64,000 nt of DNA from NCBI RefSeq assembly GCF_021869535.1, contig NW_026262734.1, positions 42,408,001 to 42,472,000 on the forward strand, in the 5' to 3' direction. Origin of the DNA: Mytilus californianus (lineage: Eukaryota). The stretch's first letter is position 1; every line of letters begins with the position of its first letter. The notes beneath the pieces are model-generated. The model was not told where the DNA came from. It did not search any database and saw nothing but the letters and a program-made list of their open reading frames with translations. The translations under genes were made by a program, and so were the position numbers. Positions 11,101 through 24,089 of this stretch are shown here, piece by piece.

Positions 11101-13631
11101 ATATGACAATTCACAATTCAAAGTATCTGAAAACAGGAAGTATATACAAATTTTGACAATTTTTACACTTTTTAAATATTATCCATTTTGTATTTTAGAT
11201 ACATTTAGCCAGGCAAACCAATGTTATACAGCATTGTTTGGGATTTGCACTGAGTATTCCAGGAATTGAATTTCAGCTTCATTGTCAGCAAATTCATAGC
11301 CAGCATTGTCAAAGCTGTATAGACTTAGATAAAACATTACAGAAAGTTTTTGAAAATGCTGAGAAAAAGCAGATTGAAAATAAAGATGCTCTTATGTTTA
11401 AGGTAATTATCATAATGTTATTATACGGGCCCGTGCGACACTTGGTGTTGGACACCCCATATAGTAATTAGTCTGTCTGTCAGTCACAGTTTTCGTTGTT
11501 ATACGATAACTCAAGTTTGCTCCCATTCAAACAGGCCATTTTTCTAGTTGCATTTCAATATGGAATTTGTTTTCTATATCTAACCACAAGTGGTCTTTGA
11601 CTAATATAAATGACATTTATATTCCTAACAGACCTCACAACAAACTTTTTAATCCACATGCAAAACAGTCCATTTTGTTTACAATGCTTTTATCCTTAAT
11701 ACACATATCAGCCAGATTCCATGTATGTTTATTTTCAAGTTAGTCCATGAGGGTCATCCGTGTGTTTCAGACACATTCTTTTCTTAACTCAAGTCTATGA
11801 TAATCTCAAGTTTTATATAGATATTTTGTCTTTTGTAACCATGGTTGCCTCAATATTTGGTTAAACCTAAGACAACTTCATATCTTCCTCTGTAACAAGC
11901 CAGACTAATCTCTGTGATTTAAACATAGTATGACATTGTTATAACAATACTTTTGATGTAACACTTCTTCTGTATTCATAAATTTTAAGAAAGTAACATT
12001 TTTTGTACTTTATAGGTAGAGAAGGCTGTAAATGATATAAAAAATCTCGAAAAACACATTGTTAGATCTAAGAACCAAGAATTTGCCAGGAAGGGTATAG
12101 CTGACAACATGGAAATAAATGATGTCATTATCACATCAGACTGGGCAATGAAGTTTTTGCCAAGACGGTATCGAGAGGGTCAGTTAGACTGGTTTGCCAA
12201 ACGGGGCATCAATTGGCATGTGTCTGTCTCCTTGATAAAACTACAACATAGAATGCAAACTTTAACCCACCTTCACATCTTCAGCTCACAAACATCTCAA
12301 GATGCTTCAGTTACTACCGCGGTAATGACAGCTGTGGTTCAGGACTTGAAGACAATCCTTCCAAATCTACAGAATGTCCACATATTTAGTGATAACGCAG
12401 GTTGTTACAAGAGTTCATTAACATTGTCAACTCTAAGACATGACATTGGGAAAGCACTGGCATCGTATAACTTTAGTGAAGCCCAGAATGGGAAAGGTAA
12501 CATAATATAATCTTGATAATAAAACCCTACACCCTTGCAAACGGTTTGGGCGATTCCTACTAAGCTGTTCAATTGTATTTAATGAAGCTTTACCAAAAGG
12601 AGGTTCGTAATATGTAGATGAGAATAAAGAAGTTTTATTATACCCTGAATTTGCTTGGGATATATCGGGAGGGGAAAAAAACCATGAAATTTATATGTGG
12701 ACGAGTGGGGTATTGATGAAACTTTGCACAGTTGAAGAGCACTACATGGGGTGTGCATGAAAGAAAAAAATAATAAAGGGAGATAATTAACTTGTAATAT
12801 GTGCTTATTATCATATCATTTACATTCTAGTTCATATCACAATCTCAGCACTCATAATTAGTTGGATAATGTAACTTATACACAGAAACATTTGCAGTAG
12901 TAAGGTTGCATTCATATGAAATTAGATCACTGTGACCTAGATTTGAAGCTCATAATATGTCATATTTATTAATGCAGGTAGAAATAAATTCATTATGCTT
13001 TTTTGCAGGTCCTTGTGATAGAAGAGCCGCCCATGCCAAATTTGTCATAAAAAGATTTATTAATGAAGGAAGAGACGTCACTTCTGCACTTGATATGAAA
13101 AAGGTATTATTCAAAGCATTATTTAAAAAGTGAATACACAATGAAGGAAAAGATAGTCGGACAAACCATGTATCTATATCCTGATGATCTAAAAAAAAAC
13201 AGACAGACAAGGGTAAATTAATGTGCCATCAAACATTTGTCATGTGAGCATAAAACCAAGATATTAATATTGTGGTACCCAATGTTGGATAATTCTATAA
13301 AACTAAACATTACCTCAATGTAAAATGATTGACTTTTTGATTGACTTTTTGTGTTTAGGCCCTGAATTATGTCTATTTCAATGAGTAAAATTATTATCAC
13401 ATGATTATATGGAATAGTTTCTGAACATAAAAGTTATTCTGTTATTTTTTCAGGCCCTAGAGAAATTTGGACAAAAAACATACAGCGTAAGAGTAGTTGA
13501 CACCGTTTTAGATCTGGATGCAGAAAAACATAAAGAGTCAATAAAGAATGTCTCCAATTTCTACAACTTTAATTTTGGAGATGATGGCTTGAGAATGTGG
13601 CAGGCATACAACATTGGTGAAGGTAATACAA

Positions 13632-14014
13632 TATATACTGCAGCTGTGCTATTTGAGCAGTCAAATTGCATTGACCGTATATTCATATGTGATATACAGT
13701 CACTGACCTTGTTTATGACGTTGACAATGTGTTTCCGTAGAGTTTTATTTATGACGTCAATAAAACATACAGGTTCGCGGAAATTTTACGTCTTCCGCTC
13801 AAAATTAAGAAATTATGGTTTTTACTCTAAATACTTCATTACGAACAGTTATAAGAGTTGCAGTATATAAAGTATAACCATACATTGTCTCAAAATATCA
13901 ATGTTATTTGTACTCGGCTCGAAACAGGTAGAAATGCTCGGCACAGCCTCGCTTTCTACCTGTTTCTAAGCCTTGTACAAATAACATTGATATTTCGAGA
14001 CAATGTATGGTTAT
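13632..14014. mobile_element. TIR-bounded unit (13632-13869) plus a 141-bp foldback hairpin (13874-14014) in intron 4
   Basis: tatatactgcagct ... agttgcagtatata; ataaccatacattgtctc..aaatatcaatgttatttgtac ... gtacaaataacattgatattt..gagacaatgtatggttat. Confidence 0.8.
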
Positions 14015-14669
14015 TCTATATATACTAAACTTGTTTCACAATTATCAGTATGAATGACATCTACATGTATCAATTGTATTCAATAAAAAGTCTCAATTCA
14101 ACAACATTTTATCTAGTTCTTACTGTATTTCAGGATGGTTTGCATAATTGCAATGATGGGATGGATACATATAACAATATAAAAATATCTGTTTGAAATT
14201 TAATGAACTTGGTCAAAGTCCCATAACTCTTACAAAATTTGATAAGCAACTACTTTAACAATGATCCTCTGACATTGTGAATTTTGATACAAAAAAAAGA
14301 GCTATTTGTGTTCATGAATGTCCCACAAGAGAAGAGACAAACTTTATATAATGTACCTTCATTGTTTACAGGAAATTGGTGCAGTGTGATTCCCTTAAGC
14401 CATCTAAGAATGCTGTGCAGTTAAAGGTCATCAGTAATTGGACTGACATAGCAATATCAGATTCCTATGAAGGTTAGCTTTGATATTTGGTAGTACATAT
14501 TGTTATGATATGCAAGTCTAAATTCAAAACAACAGTCATACATATGATTGTGTTGGATAAAGAACGCAAATTTTTATACATCATGCATGCAAAACAAATT
14601 TCTTGGTTGAGGGGTCTAAATACAGCACAAACAGTAAAAACGTATATTTTAACATATTGTTATTATATA

Positions 14670-15411
14670 TACTAGAACACACCCGCAATCGCAGGCATTA
14701 AGTGCGTGGTTGAAAGTATGTAAACTGTTGATAGTATGAATTTTCGTAAAATATTTTATGACTGACTTATTTCAGGAAAGGTATCAAAAGTCTTAGCCTG
14801 CGGGTGCCGTGTTTTTTTGTTTTAGACCTCCCCCTCTTTTTCCAAAGTCTGTTATTGCTTGTTTTCTGTGTTTCTCTATACTATGAACATACACATGATA
14901 CATATACTAAAAATAAAAATTAATTTGCTATTCACTACTCAGATTTACTATCAATTCCTAATCTACTATCCACGGCAGTCACTGATGTAGTATCATGTAG
15001 AGACTCTTTATATAATATATCAGCGACCGCCGTGGATAGTAAACTTGGAATTGATAGTAAATAGCAAATATATATTTTTTTTTATAATATATGTATGATC
15101 ATAGTATACAGAAAACCGTGAAAATAATTGTCCTGTCCCAAGTATTTTTGAAAATTATGTGCTATTTTTAAACATTTCTAAACGGAAGTATTGTTTATGA
15201 CTTAAAAGTCCGTCCGATGACTGAAACAATATCCGGACGCCTTTTATTTTCGTTTTTCTCCCAAAGTAACCCAAACTGAATAATCATATTCATGGATGAC
15301 AAATGCGACTATGCATGGTACCAATAGGACACAGGGGAATGATGATTAATTTATTGTGGAAGGAAGAGAAGCAACACACAAAATGAGGTCTTCTCGTTTA
15401 ATAGTATAGAT
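14670..15411 (+). mobile_element. Helentron-associated non-autonomous element (HINE-like) in intron 5
   Basis: Starts tactagaacacacccgc; ends cgtttaatagtatagat; termini typical of this class (recalled). Confidence 0.6.
14923..15069. repeat. Foldback inverted repeat inside the HINE
   Basis: atttactatcaattcc..tactatccacggcagtcactgat pairs with atcagcgaccgccgtggatagta..ggaattgatagtaaat. Confidence 0.85.
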
Positions 15412-16373
15412 ACTCTAAACCCCATTTTGATTCATCAAATCGTATAAAGAGTAATTTGACTAATGAACCATTTTCATCAGTTAATGAAATGGAAACTACA
15501 TTTTCTTTTTCATTGACGTCAACATTGATTGTCTCTGCAGGAATTCATTTCCCACATGTGATTATACAAGTTCGTTTATTAAGTAGATATTATGATAAGG
15601 CTGCTATTTTATTTTATTCTATGATATATATGTATATATTAGTTACTTTTATATTTATTTTCTGTAGATCCAGTACCAACAACAACAAAACACAAACAAA
15701 GTTTGATATGCCCTTTGGAGAACTGCATCCGTGAATTTAAAAAAAAAGAAACGCTAGATCAGCACATCTTGCAAGGACAATGTGAACATCAGTTAGAAAA
15801 AGAGACATTGTCTGACAAAAGCAAAATTATATATGCTAAGAAATTATCAAATGCACCTTTGTGTTGCCCAGATATGACTGCTGAAAATGTTTTGTGAAGA
15901 TGACAGTTTGGTCAATAGGTGTTGTGGATGGGCTTTGAAATCAATAAAGAAGAAAATAGTTTTCAATCAAAAGCAGAAAGACTTTATGATTGAGAAATTT
16001 CAAATTGGCAAAAGAACTTGCAGTAAGGTTGATGCCAACACAGCTTCTGAAGAAATGAGGTCAGGTCACCTTGGATTTTCTAAGGACGAATTTTTAACAG
16101 GCCAAAAGATTGGAAGTTATTTTTGTAGACTTGCTCAACAAGACAGAAAATCAGACAGCAATGACTACCGTGCTGCAGATGAGGGAAACAGAAGATCTAT
16201 TTTGAAGAAAGACATCACTAAAACTATTGATCTTTAGTAACAAGAACTTTTGAGGGTTATGTGCTTTATTGGAAATAGATTTTTTTTTTAATTTTCTACT
16301 TCTATACTTATATATAAACATTATTTTTTAACCTAATAACTCGTCATCAACAACATATTTGTGTGGCCTGCAC

Positions 16374-16760
16374 ATTTTATGTGAACCGACATATCATGCA
16401 TATAGGGATCACTTTAGTCATGGTCGATGACGTCACACTTTTCCATTTCCAATTACTCAGCTTCTACTGGATGGATAATTAGATATTTGGTACATGGCTT
16501 TGACATAGTCACTTGCATCCCCTTTTCAGGTTCGTTGTTTATCTACTTCCTGTTTATCGATCGACTTTGTAGTTTTTTAGGTGCTACATAATGGAAATTT
16601 CCGTTACAGTTTTCCAAGATTCTTCTTTAGGGAATACTTGGACATTTGGTACATGGCTTTAACATGATGACTTGCACTGTGTCTGCCCTTTTCAGGTGTC
16701 TGCAATACCAACTTCCTGTTTTTCGAATACTTTGAAATTTTCACATGACACTGGTCATAC
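16374..16760 (+). mobile_element. HINE-like repeat with a duplicated internal unit
   Basis: Starts ttttatgtgaaccgac; atttggtacatggcttt.acat....acttgca..cccttttcagg occurs twice. Confidence 0.45.
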
Positions 16761-17499
16761 ATGTACATATGCAAAAAATTACGTAATAGTTGTAAAAGGT
16801 AGGCAACACACGTCTTCCATGGAAGACTCACATCTAAGTTTAAGGTTTCTGAGTTATGCCACTGCAAATTAGTTGTCTTGGGATTGGTTTTCTCCTTAAT
16901 TTGAAGTGCAAGCATGTGATTATCTCATCTGCAGGTCATACTAATTTGAAAACACATTTGACCCTTCTCTGTAACAGAGTTTTGCTTATTTTTCAGTAAC
17001 AGGGAAACATTTGAAGAATGATGAACTTGTATGCATTTTTGGAATTGTTTTCAGATCAATCAATATATTTATGATAATATGTTAGCATTCAAGAATACTT
17101 TGGTCACTATGGTCTACATTTTACAGGCTTACTTGACTTGTACCTTGATTTTTGTTTGTATAGTTAACACGATCATGATGATGTGCTAAGTTTAATGTCA
17201 ATAATGGAAGTTATTTTCAAATAGGTTCTTTTAGTAATTGTGGGATAAAGGTTACCATATGTAGCAACTACTATCCAAACAGATATTTATTTAAGGAACA
17301 TGAAGTATGGTTTCTAATATGACTATTTTCAAATACTTAATGTACTTAGTAAGAGGATGACATTAATAATAGAATAAGAGAATTTTAGGCGATATGAAAA
17401 TATTTTAGCGGGAAACCGAACTTCTCTAGAATTTTCATCAGTTATAATGGATATTTTCATGAATCTTTAAAGTCTTATAATATTTTAAGATAATTTATA

Positions 17500-18381
17500 G
17501 AATGTTCTCAAACTATCTTACTAAACTTGTTTTTATGTTTCTAACATATACATGATATAAATGAAAGATAAAGGGCTGATGAGGGGAAAAAATATATATA
17601 CCATAGTTTAGATGGATAAACCCTGAGAAATTTGAATAATTTATCCAAAATTAAAAAGTCACCATCCTTAAACTATCAGTATATGTCATTGTTATGTTAT
17701 TTTCACTTTAAGGGCTGAATATGCTCGTATTTATTTGTGTTTATCATGTAGTTTAATGTGTCTGATGATCTTTTTCAAAAATTTAAAAAAATAGAAAATT
17801 GAAATTCTTGACATTTTATTTTGAATAATTTTTTTTTTGCCATAATTTGCCCATGGATTTTTTTTCTCATTTTGTAATACTATCTTAGTACTACCCAGGT
17901 TTATGATACAGATGATGCTGGCCTTTCAAAGAAAAATGCGTCCAAAGTTTATTATTATTTCACTTTTTCCCGAAAATTGACAAATAATGAATCAGGGGTG
18001 TCATATGGCTCTGTTCGTAAATGTATGTTAAATGTAAAAACTGAAAGTATGTGCTTAATCCAAGCAATTTATATGATTGCTTTACATATTATATCTGGAA
18101 AATGTTTATTAGTTGTCTAAACTATTATTATATAAGTTCGAAAATGTCAATATTGGGCATTTTTCTGAGATTTTGAGTGGTCAAAATCAGCCATAATGGT
18201 AACCATAGCAACCACACGCACCATCCATAAAATCTTTCCAGGTAAGTTTCTATTGAGTGGTCAGGCCTATTCAGAATTTCTTTGGTGATTACAGAGAATT
18301 GCTCTAAAATATTCTTTGATTATGCCGGGTATTGATGATTTCAACAAATTTTGCGTCTGGAGCTGAGTGGAGTCCTTTTAA
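17500..18381. mobile_element. Candidate DNA-transposon terminal region ending at TTAA
   Basis: Ends gagtggagtcctt-TTAA; contains atggtaaccatagcaacc; no matching left end in the window. Confidence 0.3.
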
Positions 18382-18579
18382 GTTTTAAATGCCCCGCAGT
18401 AGGGTCGCACTAATTGGCGACAATAAGAAACATTCAGCGACAAGAAGACTTATTTAGCGCTAAGAAATCTTAATATTAATCATGATAGATAAATAAAGAA
18501 TATGCATTATTAAAAGGGTGTTTTTTTTTTTAAATAAGAATATTTTCATTTCAATACATGCAATGTAGAGTCGACAGGG

Positions 18580-19270
18580 TTTTTGTCTCGCCTTGATGGA
18601 ATAAAAAAAAACATAGCTAGTTATTCTGTTAAAAACGGCATTGATGAGGTCAATAATTTATTAGTTTGTAATAAGGTCAAGTTATAGTGGTAGTTCAGTG
18701 ATATTTGTTATGCAGTTGTATTATCATTTGCATATATCCTTTCCGTGGAGATTATTTGGCACCGCCTCCTGTGTCATGGTCTATTACTTTGAAACTTTTC
18801 CTTACTTAACATGTTAAGTGATTAGGTCAGTTAAAGGGGAACCACTAGTGGTAGATTTTTGGTATGCAGTTGTATTAACATTGGCACATCTCATTTCTAT
18901 TGAGATTATCAGGAATGGTCTATACACTGACTGTTTTGTATAGTTTACATGTTAAAGTTTGTAATTAGATCAGGTTAAGAGGCACCAATAATGTCAATAA
19001 TAGCATTAGCATTGCAAGTCTTCTTTTCCATGAAGATTATTTAGACCCATTCCCTATCATGGTTCATTGACTTTAAACTTTTACATTGTTTACAAGTTTG
19101 TGTATGGGTTAGTTTTAAGGGAACCAATTGTTATAAGTCAATGTTATTTGATATGCAGTTTAATACGCATAGGCATTTCTCATGTCTATTGAGATTGTTT
19201 GGTCATGCATCTAAAGTCATGGCTCATTCACTTTGAATGTTTTGAATAGTTTATATGTTTAATATTGCCA
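18580..19270 (+). repeat. Degenerate tandem of about 150 bp, probably the core of a HINE-like element
   Basis: atgcagtt...gagatt...catgg motif recurs near 18711, 18865 and 19154; starts ttttgtctcgcc. Confidence 0.5.
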
Positions 19271-20129
19271 AGTGAATTCAATATTTCAATTGAAGATATA
19301 CCAATTACAAAATGGCGAGACATATCTCTGTTTTAACAGTTTATTTGTGTTAGGTACTGCTTTTTTTCTAATTCAGTATCTGTCAAATCCGTTAATTTTT
19401 CATGCCACATGACGATACAATTATTCATAGCTCAAACAGTTGTTATTAAACAGAAATTTAAAATTCTGGATGACGAAAGTATTCATGATATTATAATTTA
19501 AGCTTGACCTACTATCTTCCAGTTTGGCTAATATAGATTGACATATACAAAATGTAATTCGCCATTATCTGTTTCTTCTTAAACATCTATGTAATAATTT
19601 AAAAAATTTAAACATTTGGATTAAAACCTGTTTTTGTGTTCAGTCTCATCGTTAAGTCCTAAAGCATATTCAGATATCACACCATTAACAAAAACTAATG
19701 AAAATGATGATACCAAGTGTTCAATCAAAGGGACGATTGAAAAGGTATGTGCCTTTTTCCAGTATTGATCACCAAATTTGACGTTTCTCACCAATTATGT
19801 AAATTAACGAATAAAATCTTTGAACAAAAAATTCTGTATATTTTGTTTTAAGGAATAAACCCCACCTCCCTATTTTATGAATCCTGAATCCGATGCGATC
19901 ATTGGCTTTCATTCTAATAGTTTATGGAGAAAATCAGTTCGGTTTAAATTTTATTATTTTGTAAAACTGGGCCATTATAGGCTCTACTCCCTTGTGTCTT
20001 TTAAAAGTAGAAGACTAACTATAAATATACAAAACAAAACTATACAGTTTGTATATATATACAACTATTTCCCAAATTTAGTTAAACAGTTCCCTATTTT
20101 TTAGCGGTTTTCAAGATCATGCACAAACT

Positions 20130-20345
20130 TTCAATTCTTGTTCTTTTAAGCCTTTTTTGCCATTTTGATTGGAAATTTGAGCACCAGACACATTTTTAAA
20201 CTGAATACACCAAGGATGATCGTTGCCTGACTTGGATTTCATTGGCTAAACAGTTCAGAAGTTCAGATTTTTGTAAAAAGTTAAAGGACGACGGACGACG
20301 GTTGAAAAAAGTTCATTTAACCCATTGTTTTAGATAAGCATAAAC
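20130..20345 (-). mobile_element. Degenerate HINE (pearl/MgE-like) fragment
   Basis: gacgacggacgacgg microsatellite and decayed terminus; reverse orientation of the 48248 element type. Confidence 0.5.
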
Positions 20346-20718
20346 CAAATGTGTGATGTTTATTTAATATATGTACCTGTATGAACGAATATAAAAGGAT
20401 TAATACAGTTTTCAGTAGTAATAATGCTTTATATATGTCATATGTAGGTTGAGTAGGTCTTGAATATATGTTTAAATCTATCTGGAACCATTGAAATAAT
20501 TGAGTTTCAAAAAATAAGGTTTACCTTAACACGTTCAAAATTATCTATGTATTCATAATGTGGCTGTCATTTTGTATATCGAAAACAAATTGACATGTGA
20601 ATAAGTAACAGTGATCAAGTATTGCGAATTGATTTTAAAAATTATACAAAAATCAGAAGATGTGATATGATTGCTAATGAGAAAACTCTCTACCAGAAAC
20701 AGAATGACAGAACTTAAT

Positions 20719-21390
20719 TAAAGAACCTTTGTAAGCACGCTCACATACCCCACGCCCCCACATTGTCACTGGACAAACAAAATTTCACCAGATTCCTAAG
20801 TTCAAAGACTCATAACTCTACAAAAGTCAACTGATAAAATTTTCTTGTGGATATGCACATTAACATATTATGTCTTCATTAACTACAAAGTTTCATGCAA
20901 TTCTGTTGTGTGGTTTCAGAGGAGTTGCGATTACAAACTGTTGCAGTAGTATATTTAGGCCAAAATTCTAAGTTCAAACGAGCATAACTGCTTGACAAAA
21001 ACAAAATTGAATTATAATTTCCTGTCGATATGCATATCTACACAGTATGTCCTTATTATCTACAAAGTTTCATGAAATTCTGTTTTGTGGTTTCAGAGGA
21101 GTTGCGATGACAAGAATAGGACTGACGGACTGTAGTATATTGAGGCCAATAAGTTCAAAGGGGCATAACTCCTAGAAAAAAACTGAATCATAATTTCCTG
21201 TCGATATGCATATCTACATAGTATATCCTTATTATCTACAAAGTTTCTCGAAATTCTGTTGTGTGGGTTCAGAGGAGTTGTGATGACATGAAAAGGACTG
21301 ACGGACGGACAGACAGACGAGCAGACGGACGGACGGACGGACGGGTCAAAAACATTATACCCGACGCAATGAGTTGCATCGAATATAATA
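20719..21390 (-). mobile_element. MgE/pearl-like HINE with three internal core repeats and a (GACG)n microsatellite
   Basis: Core units start at 20797, 20969 and 21150; ggacggacagacagacg..ggacggacgg at 21297-21343; terminal hairpin-like cgcaatgagttgca. Confidence 0.8.
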
Positions 21391-22544
21391 ACTATAGGTC
21401 ACGGCAAGGCCCTCAACAGTGAGCAAAACTCATACCGCATAGTAAGCGTATAATAGTGACCATGCAAAATCTGGTATCACATCAGGAATCATATTTTATT
21501 GAGAATACATATGAAGAGTCCATACTCAATCCAATTTGATGATTATAAGAAAGAGCATGATTATTTTTCTAATACAAATAAGAGGATGTGGTATGAGTGT
21601 CAATGAGACAACTCTCCATCAAAGTCTGAATGTATAAACAATTATAGGACAAAGTAATGTCTATCAAAATATTTCAACATTATGATTAGTATTTGAGAGA
21701 AATCATAGTTCTAAATTGTAAAATAACAAAAATACCGAACTACAAGAAAAAATCAAATTGGAAAGTAAATTTATACCCTATGTCGCGACAATGAACTCGT
21801 CTGCCGGAGCATATAATTTACCAGGGAACAGAGGAAATAACTCTGGCAAAATATTTTTGTCAATTCAAATTTCAACAATGTACTTCCTCTGCTTGTTAGA
21901 TAAGAAACTGCAAAAGATTCGACTCGGCCACTTATTCTTCTGTCTATGATAAAAAAAATATTCAAATTATAATTCTTATTTTAAATTATTATTAACATTT
22001 TTATATCAGAGAAAAAACTGTCTTAAAACCATTTGGTAATTCAATAATTTAAATAAGTAACGACGTTTTTTTTAATTTTTATTTTTATCACTAACTCCTA
22101 CTTGATTCAAAGACACATAAAGTGGAAGTAATACATGTCGTTCTATTTTCATTACCTAACTAGGAATATATTATTCCTTACTTGATTTAAAGTTTTGAAA
22201 CTCGGTTAAAATTATTGATTTAAACCTATCTTTATATGAAACATTAGTTTTGGCTATAGAATGTATGCATGGAAAACATTATGTAAGGAGGAACTTGATT
22301 GGACAATGAAATGAAGTTGACACAGATAATCCATTAATCAGGGAAAGGAATGACAGGCTTTCTGTTGCGGTTAGCTGCACGAACAAACAGATACGCGCGG
22401 CGCAGAGTTCATTCAGAAAGGAATGCCGACAAATTGTTGAAAACGTCAACCTCCAAATTCAACAAATATGTTGTCAATAATTATATAAGAAACTCCAGCA
22501 TACTCATCACTTGTTCCTCTGTAAAGCATGTTTTTACGTCCATT

Positions 22545-22712
22545 TTCACTGAACTAGTACACATTTTATTTAGGGGCCAGCTGAGGCCCACCTCCGGGCG
22601 CGGGATTTTTTTGCTGCATTGAAAACCCATTGATGACTTTCGGCTGTTAGCTGCTCTTTGGTCGGGTTGTCTCTTTGACATATTCCCCATTTCCATTCTA
22701 AATTCTATTTAA
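22545..22712 (+). repeat. PLE family 1 3'-tail fragment
   Basis: Reverse complement of 28681-28850. Confidence 0.85.
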
Positions 22713-22906
22713 CATTTTTCTTCACTGTTTACAAAATATGTCGTACGAAATCCCAAAGTAATAAATGCATAGCGTATGCTACTATTTTTATATTGAAAAG
22801 CATTGTGGATTATTTCTTCTAGACGATGTTTCATTTTCACATTGAAAAATCAAAAGTTTTGATAGAATTAATTTAAGAGAGATAGACATTTCAAATTATC
22901 CAATAG

Positions 22907-23200
22907 TTATTTGGAGTTTTTGAGAATCCACACATAGTTAATACCACTACGCGAGTAAACAGTTTCATGGTATTTCTGAAGACCCTCTTTCACTGCGGAC
23001 CGAATTTTTGTCAATCTAATGGACAAAAGCTTTGTAGAACATGCAAATGAGCCGGCAATGTACCGTTGTCTGTACGGAATTTTGTGAAACTTATGTATCC
23101 AATACAAACAAGGTAAGTCCTCAGATTTGCTGTTCAATGTAATGTTCATTAGAGCCATGAAGGACTAATGATTCGCCAAAATCTCATCTTTGTCCAATGA
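22907..23200 (-). pseudogene. PLE RT N-terminal fragment
   Basis: LPCLYWIHKFHKIPYRQRYIAGS..CSTK.LS ... YSRSGINYVWILKNSK. Confidence 0.8.
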
Positions 23201-23519
23201 TATGGTTTTTTGTCTGAGTGCTCATTTATTTCTCATTCCTTTACAAGACACTCGTAATAGAACGATCAACATACAAAGACAGTATGATTTAAAAAAGAGA
23301 GGCGAAAGATACAAGGCCTATTCTTTTCTACGCATATACTATATAAACTCATCTACACACTCGAATAAATAAGTTGGAGAATATTGAAAACCACAAAATA
23401 AAAAAAAGACTTGTGTAGAATCTGGCTATGGCTACATAATTATTAAGAAGAGATATAGTTACGATACTGTTGTCAGGTCATAAAAGATGGCATATTTTGG
23501 CTTTCATATTAATTCACTT

Positions 23520-23770
23520 ATAGGGTCTTTGCATCGGAAATAAACACATTTATTCTAAAACCAGTTGTTGGCATGATACGGGTTATGTTTTTCTAATATA
23601 TTTTATGATGATACGATACTAAATTCCCAACGGGAGGGATTTTGATTGATATTCATATGATGAAGACATAATCTTTCAATCATTTTAATTGAGGTCTGGA
23701 GCTGGCATGTCAGTAACTGCTTGTAGTCCTTTATTAATTTGTATATCATTGTCATTTTTATGTATTTAGT
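23520..23770 (+). repeat. PLE family 1 3'-tail fragment (proximal part)
   Basis: Reverse complement of about 29100-29345. Confidence 0.85.
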
Positions 23771-24089
23771 TATGATGTTTCTAATGTGGGTTTGGTTGGA
23801 AATTGTGTTATGTTTTATTGTTTGTGGTTTGAATTCTGTATTTTCGGTACGTTTCAAATATGTCTCATTTATAAATATAGTCGAGTAAATTTCCATTTTG
23901 CATGGATAAAGTATTGTGTTAGTCCAAATTATTATGATTTCGTCACAGCATTCATTTCAAATAGCAGTTGAATACCGTCATAATCATGATAATTATTTGG
24001 ACTAGTATTGTAAACGTTTTTGTTAATTTTTCAATCTAGTTCAATTTGATTGTATGAATTTCAAAGTTATATATACGTCGCAAAAATAC

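Larger units (their letters stand above)
11199..16237 (+). pseudogene. Spliced DDD transposase, Sola-superfamily-like (probably Sola3), 5'-truncated; exons 11199-11402, 12016-12496, 13009-13103, 13454-13622, 14372-14472, 15668-16237
   Basis: All junctions are GT-AG and phase-compatible except for a 1-nt loss in exon 5. Motifs: HC..FALS, SDWAMKFLPRRYREGQLDWFAKRGINWH, SDNAGCY, EAQNGK|GPCDRRAA, LRMWQAYNIGEG, C2H2-like CPLENC..F..KETLDQH, homeodomain-like tail FNQKQKDF..EKF...FLT..KIGSYF. The Sola3 assignment is from recalled motifs. Confidence 0.8.

Noticed and set aside
11101-11150. SKYLKT as a further upstream transposase exon
   Set aside because: No phase-compatible donor or acceptor could be placed.
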